NCBI GenBank assembly: GCA_963702475.1
Contig: CAVPCT010000005.1
Span: 416,001 to 480,000, forward strand
Direction: 5' to 3'
DNA from: an uncultured Thermoleophilia bacterium
GTDB lineage: Bacteria > Actinomycetota > Thermoleophilia > UBA2241
Length of the DNA stretch: 64,000 nt
Shown: in pieces, positions 49,498-61,172 of the stretch
How positions within the stretch are numbered: the stretch's first letter is position 1
Layout: every line of letters starts with the position of its first letter
Notes under the pieces: generated by a model
The model's input: only the letters and a program-made list of their open reading frames with translations
Told to the model about the DNA's origin: nothing
Database searches by the model: none
Translations under genes and position numbers: made by a program

Positions 49498-49630
49498 GGC
49501 GACGGCCGGGCGTCCAGCTCGTCCAGGCCGGCGCTCTTCGGTGCCGCAACGCGTTCTCTTGCGGCCGGGATGAAGAGGCGAGGGGTCTGCACTACCATGG
49601 GGAGGCCTCTTCCTCCGGCAAAGGACCTGT

Positions 49631-50896
49631 GTGAGACGCTGGACACCGTGGAGAGCCCCTTCCGGGACTTCCGTCGCCAGGGCACTCGCGACCGCGTTCG
49701 CGACCGGCGCCGCCGGCCTCGCCGTCCTCGGCGCGCTCAGCGGCTGCGGACACACCGGCCCCGTCGACGACGAGAAGTCGCCGGAGCCCATCCACATCGG
49801 CGCCATCTACGACCTGTCCGGTGCGCAGGCGCCGCTCGACATCCCTTCCCTCGACGGCGCCCGCCTCGCGGTGGACCGCATCAACGCCGCCGGTGGGCTG
49901 CTGGGCCGTCGCGTGGAGCTTCTGGAGCGCGACGGCCAGACCGACGTCAACGTGGTCCGCTACGACGCCCGCAACCTGGCCCGCCTGGGCGTCTCGGCCA
50001 TGATCGGCCTGAGCGACAGCGACCAGGTCCTGGCGGCCGCGCCCATCGCCGCCGCCGCAGGCATCCCCTTCATCACCAGCGGCGCCACGTCTCCCCTGCT
50101 CCCCGAGCAGGTCCCCGACTGGCTGTTCCTCGCCTGCTTCAGCGACAACGAGCAGGCGGCGGCCGGGGCTGAGTTCGCCGTCACCGAGATGGGAGCGCAG
50201 CGCGTCGCCGTGCTGTACGACGAGGACATGGAGTACACCAGGCTCCTGCAGCACTACTTCGTGGAGGCCTTCAACGCGTACGGCGGCAAGGTCGTCTTCA
50301 GCCGGGGATTCAGCACCGGGGAGCTCGACGTCTCGCGACTCATGAAGCCGGCCGTGCAGGACGACGGGGACGGCGACTCACCCCAGCCGGTCGCCGTGCA
50401 CCTCATCTACGTCGCGGCAGGGCCTGAGGACGCCGGCCGCCTGGTACGCAAGCTCCGCGACGCCGGCTTCGGTCAGCCCATCATGGGCGGCGACAGCTTC
50501 GACAACGCCCAGCTCATCAGCGCCGCGGAGCAGTCCGGAGGCGGCGTGTACTTCACCACACACGCCGCCCTCGGCCTGCCCCACAGCTCGCGCCCCATGC
50601 GCAGGTTCTCGGCCAAGTACACGGCGGCCTACGGGCGCTCGCCCGAGAACGCCTTCGCCGCTCTCGGCTACGACACCGTGAACCTCGTCGCCAAGGCCAT
50701 CCGCAAGGCGAAGTCGGCCGACCCGGCAAAGGTCCGCGACGCGCTCCTCGAGATGCGCGCCTTCAACGGCGTCACCGGACCTCTGAGCTACGCCGGCGAC
50801 AGCTTCGTGCCGGTGAAGTCGGTGACGGTGGTGGCGGTGGGGCGTGAGGCCAAGCTCGCCATGCAGCTCACGCCCATCTACGTGCCCGAGCCGTGA
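49631..50896 (+). CDS. Branched-chain amino acid type ABC substrate-binding lipoprotein (orphan)
   Basis: Lipobox [29 protein letters not shown]. Confidence 0.85.
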   Translation: MRRWTPWRAPSGTSVARALATAFATGAAGLAVLGALSGCGHTGPVDDEKSPEPIHIGAIYDLSGAQAPLDIPSLDGARLAVDRINAAGGLLGRRVELLERDGQTDVNVVRYDARNLARLGVSAMIGLSDSDQVLAAAPIAAAAGIPFITSGATSPLLPEQVPDWLFLACFSDNEQAAAGAEFAVTEMGAQRVAVLYDEDMEYTRLLQHYFVEAFNAYGGKVVFSRGFSTGELDVSRLMKPAVQDDGDGDSPQPVAVHLIYVAAGPEDAGRLVRKLRDAGFGQPIMGGDSFDNAQLISAAEQSGGGVYFTTHAALGLPHSSRPMRRFSAKYTAAYGRSPENAFAALGYDTVNLVAKAIRKAKSADPAKVRDALLEMRAFNGVTGPLSYAGDSFVPVKSVTVVAVGREAKLAMQLTPIYVPEP

Positions 50897-50985
50897 ACGG
50901 CGGCGGGCGGGCGGCGGAGTCGCCACCCGCCCGCACCAAGCCTGAGGCCGGGGTCTGCCGGGCCCGGGGAGCCGGACCTCGTCGA

Positions 50986-51666
50986 CTAGTTCCTGAACAC
51001 GCCGAGGAAGTAGATGAGCTGCGCGATGGAGGCGAGGGCCGCGGCCACGTAGGTCATCGCGGCGGCCGAGAGCGTCTTGCGCACGCCCACGGCTTCACCG
51101 TCGGTCACGAGCCCCAGCGCCTGGAGCTGCTGCGCCGCCCGGCGCGAGGCGTTGAACTCCACCGGCAGCGTCACGATCTGGAAGAGCACGGCGAAGCCGA
51201 ACACGATGAGCGCCAGCGTGATCAGACCGGTGAACTGGAACACCAGCCCCATGAGCAGCAGGAAGAACCACGCCTGCGAACCGAAGGCGGCCACCGGCCA
51301 CAGGGCCGAACGCGCCTTCATGGGCACGTAGGACTGGGCGTGCTGGATAGCGTGCCCCGTCTCGTGCGCGGCCACGGCGGTGGCGGCCACCGACCGGCCC
51401 GCGTACACCGGCTCGCTGAGGAACACGCCGCGGCGCCGAGGGTCGTAGTGATCGCTCAGGGCACCGCCCTTCGCGGGATGGACCGGTACTTCGTTCAGGC
51501 CGTTGCTGTCGAGGATCCGGCGCGCGACCTGGGCGCCGGTCATCCCGTTCCTGACCGGGACCTGGCTGTTCACGGAGAACGTGTGCTTGAGCCACCCCTG
51601 CACGGCCAGGCCGACGACGAACGGGACGATGAAACACACCAGATAGAGAGTCCAACCACTCATCAT
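50986..51666 (-). CDS. YugP-like neutral zinc metallopeptidase
   Basis: [17 protein letters not shown] (HExxH), [20 protein letters not shown]. Confidence 0.92.
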   Translation of the reverse strand: MMSGWTLYLVCFIVPFVVGLAVQGWLKHTFSVNSQVPVRNGMTGAQVARRILDSNGLNEVPVHPAKGGALSDHYDPRRRGVFLSEPVYAGRSVAATAVAAHETGHAIQHAQSYVPMKARSALWPVAAFGSQAWFFLLLMGLVFQFTGLITLALIVFGFAVLFQIVTLPVEFNASRRAAQQLQALGLVTDGEAVGVRKTLSAAAMTYVAAALASIAQLIYFLGVFRN

Positions 51667-51891
51667 GCAGACACACCTCGCGTCCCTGTAGCCGGTGGCG
51701 CCGCCGGGACGTTGCTGTCACGACGCCGAGCCCTTTATACCCCGTGGCGCGGGAATCGGGCTGAGAGCTTGCTGAGAACGATCCGTGGCCGGTCTCACGG
51801 TCGCGGCCGCGCGAGGCAGGTCGCGCCAACTCCACCCCCACAGGATCGGCGGGGGGTTCCGTGCAGCCGGGAATGCGGTAATGATGACAGC

Positions 51892-52356
51892 GTGACCGAG
51901 CTGCACTTTCCCAGAGACGAGTACTACATGCGCCTGGCGCTGCGCGAGGCGGAGCGCGCCGCGACGCACGGCGACGTGCCGGTGGGCGCGGTCGTCGTGC
52001 TGGACGGCGAGGTCATCGCCGCCGCCGGCAATGAGCGCGAGTTCCGCAACAGCCCGCTCGCGCACGCCGAGATGATCGCCATCGAGCTGGCCGCCAGACA
52101 CATGGGCAGCTGGCGGCTCCTCAACACCGTGCTCTACGTGACCATGGAGCCGTGCCCCATGTGCGCCGGCGCCGTCGTCCAGGCCCGCATCCCGCACCTC
52201 GTGTACGGCGCCCCGGACGAGAAGGCCGGCGCCGCAGGCACGCTCTACAACGTCTGCCAGGACCCCCGCCTGAACCACTGCCTGGAGATCACCAGCGGCG
52301 TGCTGGCCGACGAGTCCATCGCGCTGCTGCGCGAGTTCTTCCACGCGCGCCGCTGA
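51892..52356 (+). CDS. tadA: tRNA adenosine(34) deaminase
   Basis: [28 protein letters not shown]-terminus. Confidence 0.93.
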   Translation: MTELHFPRDEYYMRLALREAERAATHGDVPVGAVVVLDGEVIAAAGNEREFRNSPLAHAEMIAIELAARHMGSWRLLNTVLYVTMEPCPMCAGAVVQARIPHLVYGAPDEKAGAAGTLYNVCQDPRLNHCLEITSGVLADESIALLREFFHARR

Positions 52357-52492
52357 GCCCTGTACACGCTGCGCGCCGGCGCGGGTACCTCACGCCGGCG
52401 CAGCGGGCACGGAGAGAGACCGACCGCGGCGCCGGCCGGCGATAGAATCCCGGGGCCGCCTCAGTCCGGCGCCGTCCCGACAAGGAGCACCC

Positions 52493-53836
52493 ATGCACAC
52501 CGACGAGCTGCGCGCCTCCGTGGCCGGTCTCATGCCGCGCCTCCGCGCCGAGCTGGAGACGCTCGTGCGCCTGCCCTCCATCGCCTTTCCCGGCTACCCA
52601 CTCGAGCCCGTCCGCGAGACGGCCGAGGCGGTCGCCGACCTGCTGCGTGCCGCCGGGCTGCCGGAGGTCCGCCTGCTCGACATAGCAGGCGCGCCGGCGG
52701 CGGTGTTCGCGGCGCGCCCGGCGCAGCCCGGCGCGCCCACCGCGCTCCTGTACTCCCACTACGACGTACAGCCGCCCGGCGACGAGTCGCTGTGGACGAG
52801 CCCGCCATTCGCGCCGACGGAACGCGCCGGTCGCCTGTACGGCCGCGGCGCCGCCGACGACAAGTCAGGCATCGTCATGCACGCAGGCGCGCTCGACGCC
52901 CTGGGCCAGGACTGCCCGGTGGGCATCAAGGTGCTCATCGAGGGCTACGAGGAGGTCGACGGCACCGGCATCGAGGCCTTCGTGACCGCCAACCCGGACC
53001 TCCTTGCGGCCGACGTCATCGTCATCGCCGACGTGGGCAACTACAGCATCGGCGTGCCCACCCTCACCACGTCGCTGCGTGGCATGGCCGCCCTCGATGT
53101 GGAGGTCGAGACCCTCGAGGGCGCGGTGCACAGCGGCATGTTCGGAGGCCCCGCGCCGGACGCGCTCATCGCCCTGGCGCGCATGATCGCCACCCTGCAC
53201 ACGCCCGAGGGCGACGTGGCCGTCGAGGGCCTGACGTCGATGCCGCACGCCGGCGCGGCGTACCACCCCGACGCGTTCCGCGAGGACGCCGGGCTGCTGC
53301 CCGGGGTGGACCTCATCGGCAGCGGAAGCATCGCGGAGCACCTCTACGCGCGCCCGTCCATCAACGTGATCGGCTTGGACGCGCCGCCCACGGACGGCGC
53401 CCGCAACGCGCTCGTGCACCGCGCCAAGGCGCGCGTGAGCGTGCGCCTGGCGCCGGGCGAGGTCCCGGCCGAGGCACAGGCCATCGTCGCCGGCCACCTG
53501 CGCGGCGTCACGCCCTGGAACGCGCGCGTGACGATCACCCCCGGCACGCTCGGCGAGGGCTTCCTGGCGCGCACCGACGGCCCGGCGTACGCCTCCGCGG
53601 TCCGCGCCCTCGAGGCCGCCTTCGGCACCGAGGTCGTGCACTACGGCGAAGGCGGCTCCATCCCCCTGGTGGCCGCCTTCCACAAGGCCCTGCCCGACGC
53701 CGAAGTCATCCTCTGGGGCCCGGAGGAGCCGCAGTGCAGGATCCACGGCCCGAACGAGAGCGTGGACCTCGGCGAGCTGGAGCGCTGCGTGCTCGCCGAG
53801 GCGCTCTTTCTCGACGGGATGTGCGCAGGCGCCTGA
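52493..53836 (+). CDS. M20 dipeptidase-like protein
   Basis: HYDVQP, YGRGAADDK, HSGMFGG, GGSIP, HGPNES. Confidence 0.9.
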   Translation: MHTDELRASVAGLMPRLRAELETLVRLPSIAFPGYPLEPVRETAEAVADLLRAAGLPEVRLLDIAGAPAAVFAARPAQPGAPTALLYSHYDVQPPGDESLWTSPPFAPTERAGRLYGRGAADDKSGIVMHAGALDALGQDCPVGIKVLIEGYEEVDGTGIEAFVTANPDLLAADVIVIADVGNYSIGVPTLTTSLRGMAALDVEVETLEGAVHSGMFGGPAPDALIALARMIATLHTPEGDVAVEGLTSMPHAGAAYHPDAFREDAGLLPGVDLIGSGSIAEHLYARPSINVIGLDAPPTDGARNALVHRAKARVSVRLAPGEVPAEAQAIVAGHLRGVTPWNARVTITPGTLGEGFLARTDGPAYASAVRALEAAFGTEVVHYGEGGSIPLVAAFHKALPDAEVILWGPEEPQCRIHGPNESVDLGELERCVLAEALFLDGMCAGA

Positions 53837-54004
53837 GCCGTAGCAGGCGGGCGGGCTGCCGCGAGAGGTCGCCGGGCGGCGCCGCGCGCCCTTCCGCCGG
53901 CCTCGGCGCGCCCGCCGCCCGCACGGGCGCGCCGGTTCCCCGTCCTCGCCCGGCTGACGTATACTGGGCGTCCGCTCGCGGGGCTACGCCCCGCCGCACC
54001 TCGC

Positions 54005-54098
54005 GGAGAGGTGTCCGAGTTGGCTTAAGGAGCGCGACTGGAAATCGCGTGGGCGGGGGTAACCTGCCTCGTGGGTTCGAATCCCACCCTCTCCGCCA
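54005..54098 (+). tRNA. tRNA-Ser(GGA)
   Basis: GGAGAGG/CCTCTCC stem, CGCGA-CTGGAAA-TCGCG arm, CCA; TATACT upstream. Confidence 0.95.
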
Positions 54099-54172
54099 CT
54101 GTCGCTGCCCCCCTGCTCTCCTGCTCCCCGCTCCCCGCTCGGCGGCCGCAACGCCACAGGACGCAGCCGCTC

Positions 54173-54290
54173 TTCACGACTTCCGCACGACTTCCGCAGA
54201 AGCGTGACGCGCTCTGCCCGTTCGGCGGGCTGGAGACTCTGCATTCGCTGCTCACCGGCGAAGGCTTCGTCAAGCGCACCGCCGAGAGCC
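54173..54290 (+). pseudogene. Collapsed remnant (operator plus internal fragment) of a paralog of the 55309-56583 4Fe-4S gene
   Basis: DALCPFGGLETLHSLLTGEGFVKRTAES vs DFLCPFGGLETLYSLLTGDGFLRHTAAS. Confidence 0.8.
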
Positions 54291-54382
54291 AGACCCGCGC
54301 CCAGCCGCCCCGGCAGCACTCTCGCACTCGGAGTGCGCGCCCGGTATTCTGACGCATCACTGCCCCCGACCCGGAGGACCGC

Positions 54383-55135
54383 ATGCGCCTGCGACGCTGG
54401 CAAGTGACGATCGCCGCGACACTCATCCTGCTCGCGACCGCCGTCTACGTGATCCGCTGGCTGTTGTTCCCCAGCGACTCGCTGCACAACGAGATGGTGC
54501 GCTACCTCGTGGACGACGTCGCCTTCCTCTTCATCCAGGTGCTGCTCGTCTCCATGCTGCTCGACGGCCTCATGCAGCGCCGCGCCCGCGACCAGATGCT
54601 CAAGAAGCTGAACATGCTCATCGGGGCCTTCTTCACCGAGTGCGGCACCGACTTGCTGGGGCGCATCGCCCGGCTGGACGCGAAGCTGGCGGAGGTCCGT
54701 GGCGACCTCATCCCCACCTTGAAGTGGGACGACAAACACTACGCACGGGCCAAGCAGGCGTTCCGCGACCACGAGCCGGCGATCCACCTGACGCTGGACG
54801 ACCTCGTCGCCCTGCGCGAGCGCCTGGACGCGGAAAAGACCTACATGATCGGCCTGCTCGGCAACCAGGCGTTGCTCGAGCACGAGACCTTCACCGATCT
54901 GCTCTGGGCCGTCACTCACGTCACCGAAGAGCTGCACGCGCGCGGCGACTTCGAGCACCTGCCGGCGACCGACAGGGCGCACCTGGCCGGCGACCTGCGC
55001 CGCGCCTATGCCTTGCTCGGCGTCGAATGGCTGGACTACCTGCACCACCTGCGCGACCAGTACCCCTTCCTCTTCTCGCTGGCGGTGCGCACCAACCCGC
55101 TGGACCCGGACGCGTCCGTCACCGTGACTGAGTGA
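54383..55135 (+). CDS. Conserved hypothetical membrane protein
   Basis: Two TMs; DVAFLFIQVLLV, KLNMLIGAFF, LLEHETFTDLLWAV, YPFLFSLAVRTNP; GGAGG RBS. Confidence 0.8.
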   Translation: MRLRRWQVTIAATLILLATAVYVIRWLLFPSDSLHNEMVRYLVDDVAFLFIQVLLVSMLLDGLMQRRARDQMLKKLNMLIGAFFTECGTDLLGRIARLDAKLAEVRGDLIPTLKWDDKHYARAKQAFRDHEPAIHLTLDDLVALRERLDAEKTYMIGLLGNQALLEHETFTDLLWAVTHVTEELHARGDFEHLPATDRAHLAGDLRRAYALLGVEWLDYLHHLRDQYPFLFSLAVRTNPLDPDASVTVTE

Positions 55136-55187
55136 GAGGACGCTGAGCGCCCGCGGGCGGAAGGCTCCCTCCCCCCTCTCTCTCCCT

Positions 55188-55240
55188 TCACAACTTCCGC
55201 ACAAGTGGTTCGAAGGTCGTTCACAAGTCGTCGCTACACT
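55188..55240 (+). promoter_or_regulatory. Four direct repeats at an 11-bp period (OmpR/PhoB-type box) upstream of a TACACT -10
   Basis: TCACAA 55188, GCACAA 55199, TCGAAG 55210, TCACAA 55221; TACACT 55235-55240. Confidence 0.6.
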
Positions 55241-55308
55241 CCGCCGAGGCCAGAGCGATGCGGGCCACTGCACGGCCCACGGCAGACGACACGCGAGGAA
55301 GACAGACC

Positions 55309-56583
55309 ATGACGGACGAGCAGACGCGGAAGACGGCTGAGCGCACCGACGCGGCGGCAGGCACCGGCAAGGCGGCCGGCACCGGCAAGGCGGAGCGGGC
55401 CGACCGGCAGGCGCAGCAGCGGGCGCGCTGGATACGGTGGGCCGTCCTCGGCGCCGTCCTCGTCGGCATGACGGCGATAGTGACGGCCCACCAGACCAGC
55501 CGCGGCTGGGGTCGCTGGGCCGGCGTCGACTTTCTGTGCCCGTTCGGCGGCCTCGAGACGCTGTACTCGCTGCTCACCGGCGACGGCTTCCTCCGGCACA
55601 CCGCCGCCAGCTCGGTGATCCTGCTGGTCGGGATGCTGGCGATGGCATTCGTCTACCGCCGCTCGTTCTGCGGGACCATCTGCCCCCTCGGCACACTGCA
55701 GGGCCTCTTCGGGGCGCTCGGCGGCAAGCTGTTCAGGCGACGCCTTCTCGTGCCGCGCGGCATCGACCGCGTCGCCAGGTACCTCAAGTACGCGATCCTC
55801 GTCTGGTTCGCCGTGTGGACCTGGCAGGCGGCGGAGCTGGTGCTCAGACCCTACGACCCGTGGGTCGCCTGGGCCCACCTCACGTCTGGCGACCTGTTCA
55901 CGACCTATCTCATCGGCTTCGTGATCCTCGTCCTGTCACTGGCCGGCTCACTGGCGTACGACCGCTTCTTCTGCAAGTACCTCTGCCCCGCCGGCGCGCT
56001 GCTGGCCCTCTTCTCCCGCGCGAGCCTCTTCACCATCCGCCGCGACCCTGTGACCTGCATCGACTGCGGGCGCTGCGACACGGCCTGCATGATGAACGTG
56101 AACGTGGCGACCGCCGACGCTGTGACGAGCGCGGAGTGCATCTCGTGCAACGAGTGTGTGAACGCCTGCCCGGTGAAGGACGCGCTCATGGTGGAGGCGC
56201 CCACGAGCAAGCGCACACCGGTCCTCACGTCCACCGCCGTCGTGGTCGCGGTACTCGTCGCCATCGTGGGCTTCACGACGATCGCCGGCGACTTCCAGTG
56301 GCGGCAGCAGCCGGGCGAAGCCCGCGCCATGGAGCGGGGCTCGGGCGGCGGCGCAGGGCAGGGCGGCGGCCAGGGGATGGGCGGCGAGCAGGACTCGGTC
56401 GTCCGGGGCTCAACCAGCCTGAACGACATCGCCGGGGCCACCGGCATCCCCGCGGAGGAGCTTGCGGCCGCGTTCGGGGTGCCGGCATCCGACCTGGACG
56501 TGCCGCTCCGCGAGCTCAGGGACCTGTACGGGTTCACGCCCCACGACGTGCGCGACTGGGTGGACGAGCGACTGCAGCAGTGA
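55309..56583 (+). CDS. Membrane polyferredoxin (NapH/YccM-like 4Fe-4S binding protein)
   Basis: CPFGG, FCGTICPLG, FFCKYLCPAG, CIDCGRCDTAC, CISCNECVNACP. Confidence 0.9.
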   Translation: MTDEQTRKTAERTDAAAGTGKAAGTGKAERADRQAQQRARWIRWAVLGAVLVGMTAIVTAHQTSRGWGRWAGVDFLCPFGGLETLYSLLTGDGFLRHTAASSVILLVGMLAMAFVYRRSFCGTICPLGTLQGLFGALGGKLFRRRLLVPRGIDRVARYLKYAILVWFAVWTWQAAELVLRPYDPWVAWAHLTSGDLFTTYLIGFVILVLSLAGSLAYDRFFCKYLCPAGALLALFSRASLFTIRRDPVTCIDCGRCDTACMMNVNVATADAVTSAECISCNECVNACPVKDALMVEAPTSKRTPVLTSTAVVVAVLVAIVGFTTIAGDFQWRQQPGEARAMERGSGGGAGQGGGQGMGGEQDSVVRGSTSLNDIAGATGIPAEELAAAFGVPASDLDVPLRELRDLYGFTPHDVRDWVDERLQQ

Positions 56584-56756
56584 GACCGGCGACCCGCGTC
56601 GCGTGCAGGCGCCGGCGCCCCACGGCCGCCTTCCACCCCGTGTCCTGCGGGTGAGTCTGCCTCCGGACGGGTAGTGAGGCACCGACGGCCGCGGCCGGGT
56701 CGCGTCCCGGTCGACCCGGTGGGGTCGCGTGCCGCTCGACCGCAGCGAGGTGCCGC

Positions 56757-58907
56757 ATGGCGAACCGCCTGATCGACGAGTCCAGCCCCTATCTGCGCCA
56801 GCACGCCGGGAACCCGGTCGACTGGTACCCCTGGGGCGACGAGGCGTTCGAGAAGGCCCGTCGCGAGGACAAGCCGGTGTTCCTCAGCGTCGGCTACTCC
56901 GCCTGCCACTGGTGTCACGTGATGGAGCGCGAGAGCTTCGAGGACGAGGCGACCGCGGCGCTGCTCTCGCGCCACTTCGTCGCCGTCAAGGTGGACCGCG
57001 AGGAGCGACCGGACGTCGACGCGATCTACATGAAGGCTGTGCAGCTGATCACCGGCCGGGGCGGCTGGCCGATGAGCGTGTTCCTCACCCCGGAGGGCGT
57101 GCCCTTCTACGGTGGGACGTACTTCCCCAACAGGCCTCGCGGCGGGATGGCCTCGTTCACGCAGGTGCTGGAGCGCGTCGCAGCGATCTGGGAGCAGCGA
57201 CGGGACGAGGTCGACAGGAACGGCGAGACGCTGCGGCAGCTGCTGACCCGGGACGAACTGGGCGCAGTACGGCTGACGACGGCGAGGCAGGAGGCGGGAG
57301 GCGGCATCCCGCTGAGGCGCGTGACTCTCGACGAAGCCGTCGCGCGCCTCGCCGAGGACTTCGACCCCGCGCACGGCGGGTTCGGCGGCGCGCCCAAGTT
57401 CCCGCAACCCACCGCGCTCGAGTTCCTCTTGCGGCGCGCCGTCGCGACGGGCGACACAGAAGCGCTCGGCATGGTCACCAAGACGCTCGACGAGATGGCC
57501 GCGGGCGGCATCTACGACCACGTCGGCGGGGGGTTCCACCGGTACTCGGTCGACGACATCTGGCTGGTGCCGCACTTCGAGAAGATGCTCTACGACAACG
57601 CTCAACTGGCGCGGCTCTACCTGCACGCGTGGCAGGTGACCGGCGAGCCGGCGTACCGCCGCGTGGTCGAGGGCACCCTGGATTTCGTGCTGCGCGAGCT
57701 GACCGATCCGGCCGGCGGCTTCTATTCGGCACTGGACGCCGACTCCGAGGGCGAGGAGGGCCGGTTCTACGTGTGGACGCCGGCCCAGATCGAGACGGCG
57801 CTGGCGGGCACGCCGGACGCGCCGCCGGCCCCGATCCCGGTCAACCCGGAGGGTGACGATCTGGACGGGGCGCGTCGACCCGCGGTCAACCCGGAGGGTG
57901 ACGATCTGCGGCTGTTCTTTGACGCGTACGGCGTCGAAGCCGGGGGCAACTTCGAGGGTACGACCATCCTTCACGGCGCCCTCGACGCGCCGCACCTCGC
58001 GGCGCTGCGCGACATCGACGAGGACGAGGTGGAGCGCCGGCTCGCCGCGCTGCGCGCACGGCTTCTCGCGGCCCGCGAGCGGCGTGTCCGGCCGGGCCTG
58101 GACGACAAGGTGCTGGCCTCCTGGAACGGCCTCATGCTCGCCGCCTTCGCCGAGGCTGCGCGCGTTCTCGACTGCGAGACCTACCTGGCGGCCGCGCGCG
58201 CCAACGCCGAGTTCCTGCTCGGCCAGATGCGCGCGCCCGACGGTCGCATGCTCCGCACGTGGCACGCCGGCAAGGCCAAGCTGAACGGCTACCTCGAGGA
58301 CCAGTGTGCCGTCGCAGACGGCCTCCTGCAGCTCTACCAGACCGACTTCGACCCACGCTGGTTCCAGGCCGCGCACGAGGTCGCCGACCTGGCCCTCGCG
58401 CACTTCGCCGCTCCGGACGGCGGGTTCTACGACACCAGCGACGACCACGAGCGGCTGGTGGCCCGGCCCCGTGACCTGCAGGACGGCGTTCAGCCGTGTG
58501 GCGGATCGCTCGCGGCCCTCGTCCTGCTCCAGCTCGGCTCGTACGCCGGCGAAGGCCGCTTCGCCGACGCCGCCGAGCAGGCTCTGGCGCCCCTGCAGCC
58601 GCTGATGGCCGCGTCGCCGCTCGGCTTCGGTACCTGGCTGAGCGCCCTGGACCTGACGCTGGCGCCGCCGACGGAAGTGGCCATCGTCGGTGCCCCGGCG
58701 GACGGACTGCTGGCCGTGATCCGCAGGACCTGGCGGCCGAACGTGCTGGTCGCGGCGGGATGCGGCGCCGACGCGGCCGCCGCCGTCCCCCTTTTGCGGG
58801 GCCGCACGGAGGTGGACGGTCGTCCTGCCGCCTACGTCTGCACCGGCTCCGTCTGCGGGCAGCCGGTCACCGCGGCCGCAGACCTCGGCGCACTGCTCGA
58901 CCGGTAG
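56757..58907 (+). CDS. Thioredoxin-domain YyaL/SSP411-family protein
   Basis: [50 protein letters not shown]. Confidence 0.93.
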   Translation: MANRLIDESSPYLRQHAGNPVDWYPWGDEAFEKARREDKPVFLSVGYSACHWCHVMERESFEDEATAALLSRHFVAVKVDREERPDVDAIYMKAVQLITGRGGWPMSVFLTPEGVPFYGGTYFPNRPRGGMASFTQVLERVAAIWEQRRDEVDRNGETLRQLLTRDELGAVRLTTARQEAGGGIPLRRVTLDEAVARLAEDFDPAHGGFGGAPKFPQPTALEFLLRRAVATGDTEALGMVTKTLDEMAAGGIYDHVGGGFHRYSVDDIWLVPHFEKMLYDNAQLARLYLHAWQVTGEPAYRRVVEGTLDFVLRELTDPAGGFYSALDADSEGEEGRFYVWTPAQIETALAGTPDAPPAPIPVNPEGDDLDGARRPAVNPEGDDLRLFFDAYGVEAGGNFEGTTILHGALDAPHLAALRDIDEDEVERRLAALRARLLAARERRVRPGLDDKVLASWNGLMLAAFAEAARVLDCETYLAAARANAEFLLGQMRAPDGRMLRTWHAGKAKLNGYLEDQCAVADGLLQLYQTDFDPRWFQAAHEVADLALAHFAAPDGGFYDTSDDHERLVARPRDLQDGVQPCGGSLAALVLLQLGSYAGEGRFADAAEQALAPLQPLMAASPLGFGTWLSALDLTLAPPTEVAIVGAPADGLLAVIRRTWRPNVLVAAGCGADAAAAVPLLRGRTEVDGRPAAYVCTGSVCGQPVTAAADLGALLDR
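57838..57908 (+). repeat. 26-bp direct repeat (45-bp period) in frame inside the YyaL gene
   Basis: CGGTCAACCCGGAGGGTGACGATCTG at 57838-57863 and 57883-57908 (VNPEGDDL twice). Confidence 0.9.
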
Positions 58908-59079
58908 CGAAGCGGAGGGCCGAGCCACCGGCGGAACACGGTGGCGGGCGGGCTCCCAGCGGCCGGCCCGGACGAGCCGAGCGGCCGGCGGCCCCCACCG
59001 GAGGCCCCGGCAACCCCCACGGTCGTCGTGCTAGACTACGCGTCCGCGGCCTGCGCCTTGCGCGTACCCGTCGCCTCGC

Positions 59080-59174
<95 letters not shown>

Positions 59175-59508
59175 GCAGGTAGTTTGTGCACTTCTCCCGC
59201 CCCTCAGCGCGCTCTCACAAGGGCTACCTGCGCGGGAATGGGGCCGGTTTGGGGCCATTTCGTTTCGCTCACTGAGCCCACGCTCTTGCGCGCGCGACCC
59301 GTCGAGACGAGATCAGCGCAGCGACCTTCTCACAGCATCAGCCGCCCACCGGGCCACCAGAGCACGCCAGGGGCGCCGCTCGTGACGAGCTTCGCGGGCC
59401 AGTTGTCGAGCGTGCCCAGGTCGATTCAGAGGGGTGGCGAGGAACGCCCCAGAACGCACGCATGCGGCCGCCGCGAGGTTCCCGCCAAGGAGAGGCCGCC
59501 GCTGCCGC

Positions 59509-59898
59509 TCAGGCGGGCGCTGCGGAGCCGCCACCCAGGCCGGCCGCCCTCTTGCGCGCCGCGGCGGCTTTGGCCTTGGCCATCGCCTTCCCCAGGCTAT
59601 CTTGGAGGTTGCCTGCGGCCGCTTCCTGCATGCTCGGAATCACGTGCGAGTAGGTGTCCATGGTGATGCCGATCGAGGAGTGCCCGAGGCGCTCTTGCAC
59701 GACCTTGGGGTGTTCGCCGTTGGCGAGGAGCAGGGTTGCGTGCGTGTGCCGCAGGTTGTGGAACTTCACCGGCCTGCCGACCTCGTGCGTCTTCTTGCGC
59801 CACTCGGCCGCGAGGCTGCCGGGATGCCAGGGCCGCCCATCTTCGCGGGCAAGGACAAGGTCTCCCTGGAGTTGGAGCCGCCCCGCTTCGTCTTCCAC
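59509..59898 (-). pseudogene. C-terminal fragment of a tyrosine integrase (ICEBs1/phage type)
   Basis: FHNLRHTHATLLL...VQERLGHSSIGITMDTYSHV (HxxR, H, Y); N-terminal part missing; points toward the tRNA. Confidence 0.88.
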
Positions 59899-60035
59899 CC
59901 TGCTGGCGGACGATCTGCCCCGTCGCTGCCCGGCGAGGCCGTGATCCGTCGGGCAACGCCAAACGCTTGACTGCTCGTGAGCACGGCGATACGGAGAGCT
60001 CGCGGCAGAAGCGGGCGACAGGTGGAGGAGGGGCC

Positions 60036-61172
60036 ATGGCCATGCTGGCGGCGTTGGGAGAGAAGCTCTACGACTTGGACGAGCTCGACGAAGTCGTGCT
60101 GAGCAAGAAGGAGGCGATCCAGGAGTACATCGATGACCCGAAGGGGCAGCCCAGGTTCAGCGTGTCCGAGGGGGACGTGCAGATCGGGCATGTGGAGCTG
60201 GCCAAGGCAGTAGAGGCCAAGTCGAGCGCAGTCCCTTACCAGGGCATCGGATTCGGCAAACCGCTGACAATCACCGTCGAGTCCGTCTACGTCGGCGACT
60301 ACCCTGACGCGGTCCGGTTCACGCCGTGGGCCGAACGCGGCGATGTGCTCGTGACGTCGGCATGGAAGCCGTTCGAGAGGTTCCAGGCGGCCGCGCGGGC
60401 CGTGCACCTCCTTCAAGAGAACGCCGCGCGTCGCAGCTATCCCAAGGTCACGGCGACCTCGCAGGGCACGCGGCTCGCCTTCTACTCGCCGGCGGTCACC
60501 GAGATGAGCATCTTCTTCTCCGTCGAGTTGACCGTCGACCGGGACTTCTCCAGCGAGGTGGGTGACGCGCTGGCCAAGGCGATGACCGGCGCCGGCGCGC
60601 TGCCGGTGTTCGCTCCGGTGGCACCCTACCTTGTCGCCGGGGCAGTCCTGGTCCCTATCGGCATGAATGTGGCCAAGATGCTCGCCCGTCCGAGGCCCTT
60701 CTTCGCGGAGGACGTCGAGGTGAACTTCACGCGTCCTGGCCTCGATGTAGCACAGACGGGCGCCTACGTGCTGTACCCCGGCGGGGACAAGAAGCCGTTC
60801 GCCGGGTACGACAAGCTCCGGGGCTGCGTGCTTCGCGACAGCAACGGAACACCGTACGGCGGAGAGTTGCCGTACGTGGTGATCAGCCTCGACGGGACCC
60901 CGCGGGAGAAGCTCGAGGGGTGGGCAGCGACGGCGGCGTCGGCGCTCCTCCTTGAGAGGTTCTTTGCTCAGGACGCACTCATGGCCGAGGCGCTCGATGT
61001 CGTGACCAGTGGCCTGGTGTACGCCAACGACATGACGTACCGGCAGAAGGCCGTTGAGGCGCTGGAGAAGAGCAAGACCCTGAAGGGCCCGAAGAAGAAG
61101 GAACAGGAAGAGCTCTACAAGGCGTACGTCAAGAACATCCAGACCAAGGAGCTCCGGGACACCGTTGCGTAG
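60036..61172 (+). CDS. Hypothetical protein (378 aa)
   Basis: GGAGGAG RBS, long globular-looking ORF with one central hydrophobic stretch; no family recognised. Confidence 0.75.
   Translation: MAMLAALGEKLYDLDELDEVVLSKKEAIQEYIDDPKGQPRFSVSEGDVQIGHVELAKAVEAKSSAVPYQGIGFGKPLTITVESVYVGDYPDAVRFTPWAERGDVLVTSAWKPFERFQAAARAVHLLQENAARRSYPKVTATSQGTRLAFYSPAVTEMSIFFSVELTVDRDFSSEVGDALAKAMTGAGALPVFAPVAPYLVAGAVLVPIGMNVAKMLARPRPFFAEDVEVNFTRPGLDVAQTGAYVLYPGGDKKPFAGYDKLRGCVLRDSNGTPYGGELPYVVISLDGTPREKLEGWAATAASALLLERFFAQDALMAEALDVVTSGLVYANDMTYRQKAVEALEKSKTLKGPKKKEQEELYKAYVKNIQTKELRDTVA

Noticed and set aside
55905-58928. Very long antisense ORFs (also 46978-49806, 28842-31235, 26590-28851, 23861-25804 and the 5' part of 18133-20781)
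   Set aside because: Shadow frames opposite well-recognised genes, expected in high-GC DNA; no motifs.
59509-59898. Functional recombinase driving the inversion in cis
   Set aside because: Only the last 130 or so residues remain; the first catalytic Arg and DNA-binding domains are missing, so any activity would have to come in trans or predate the truncation.
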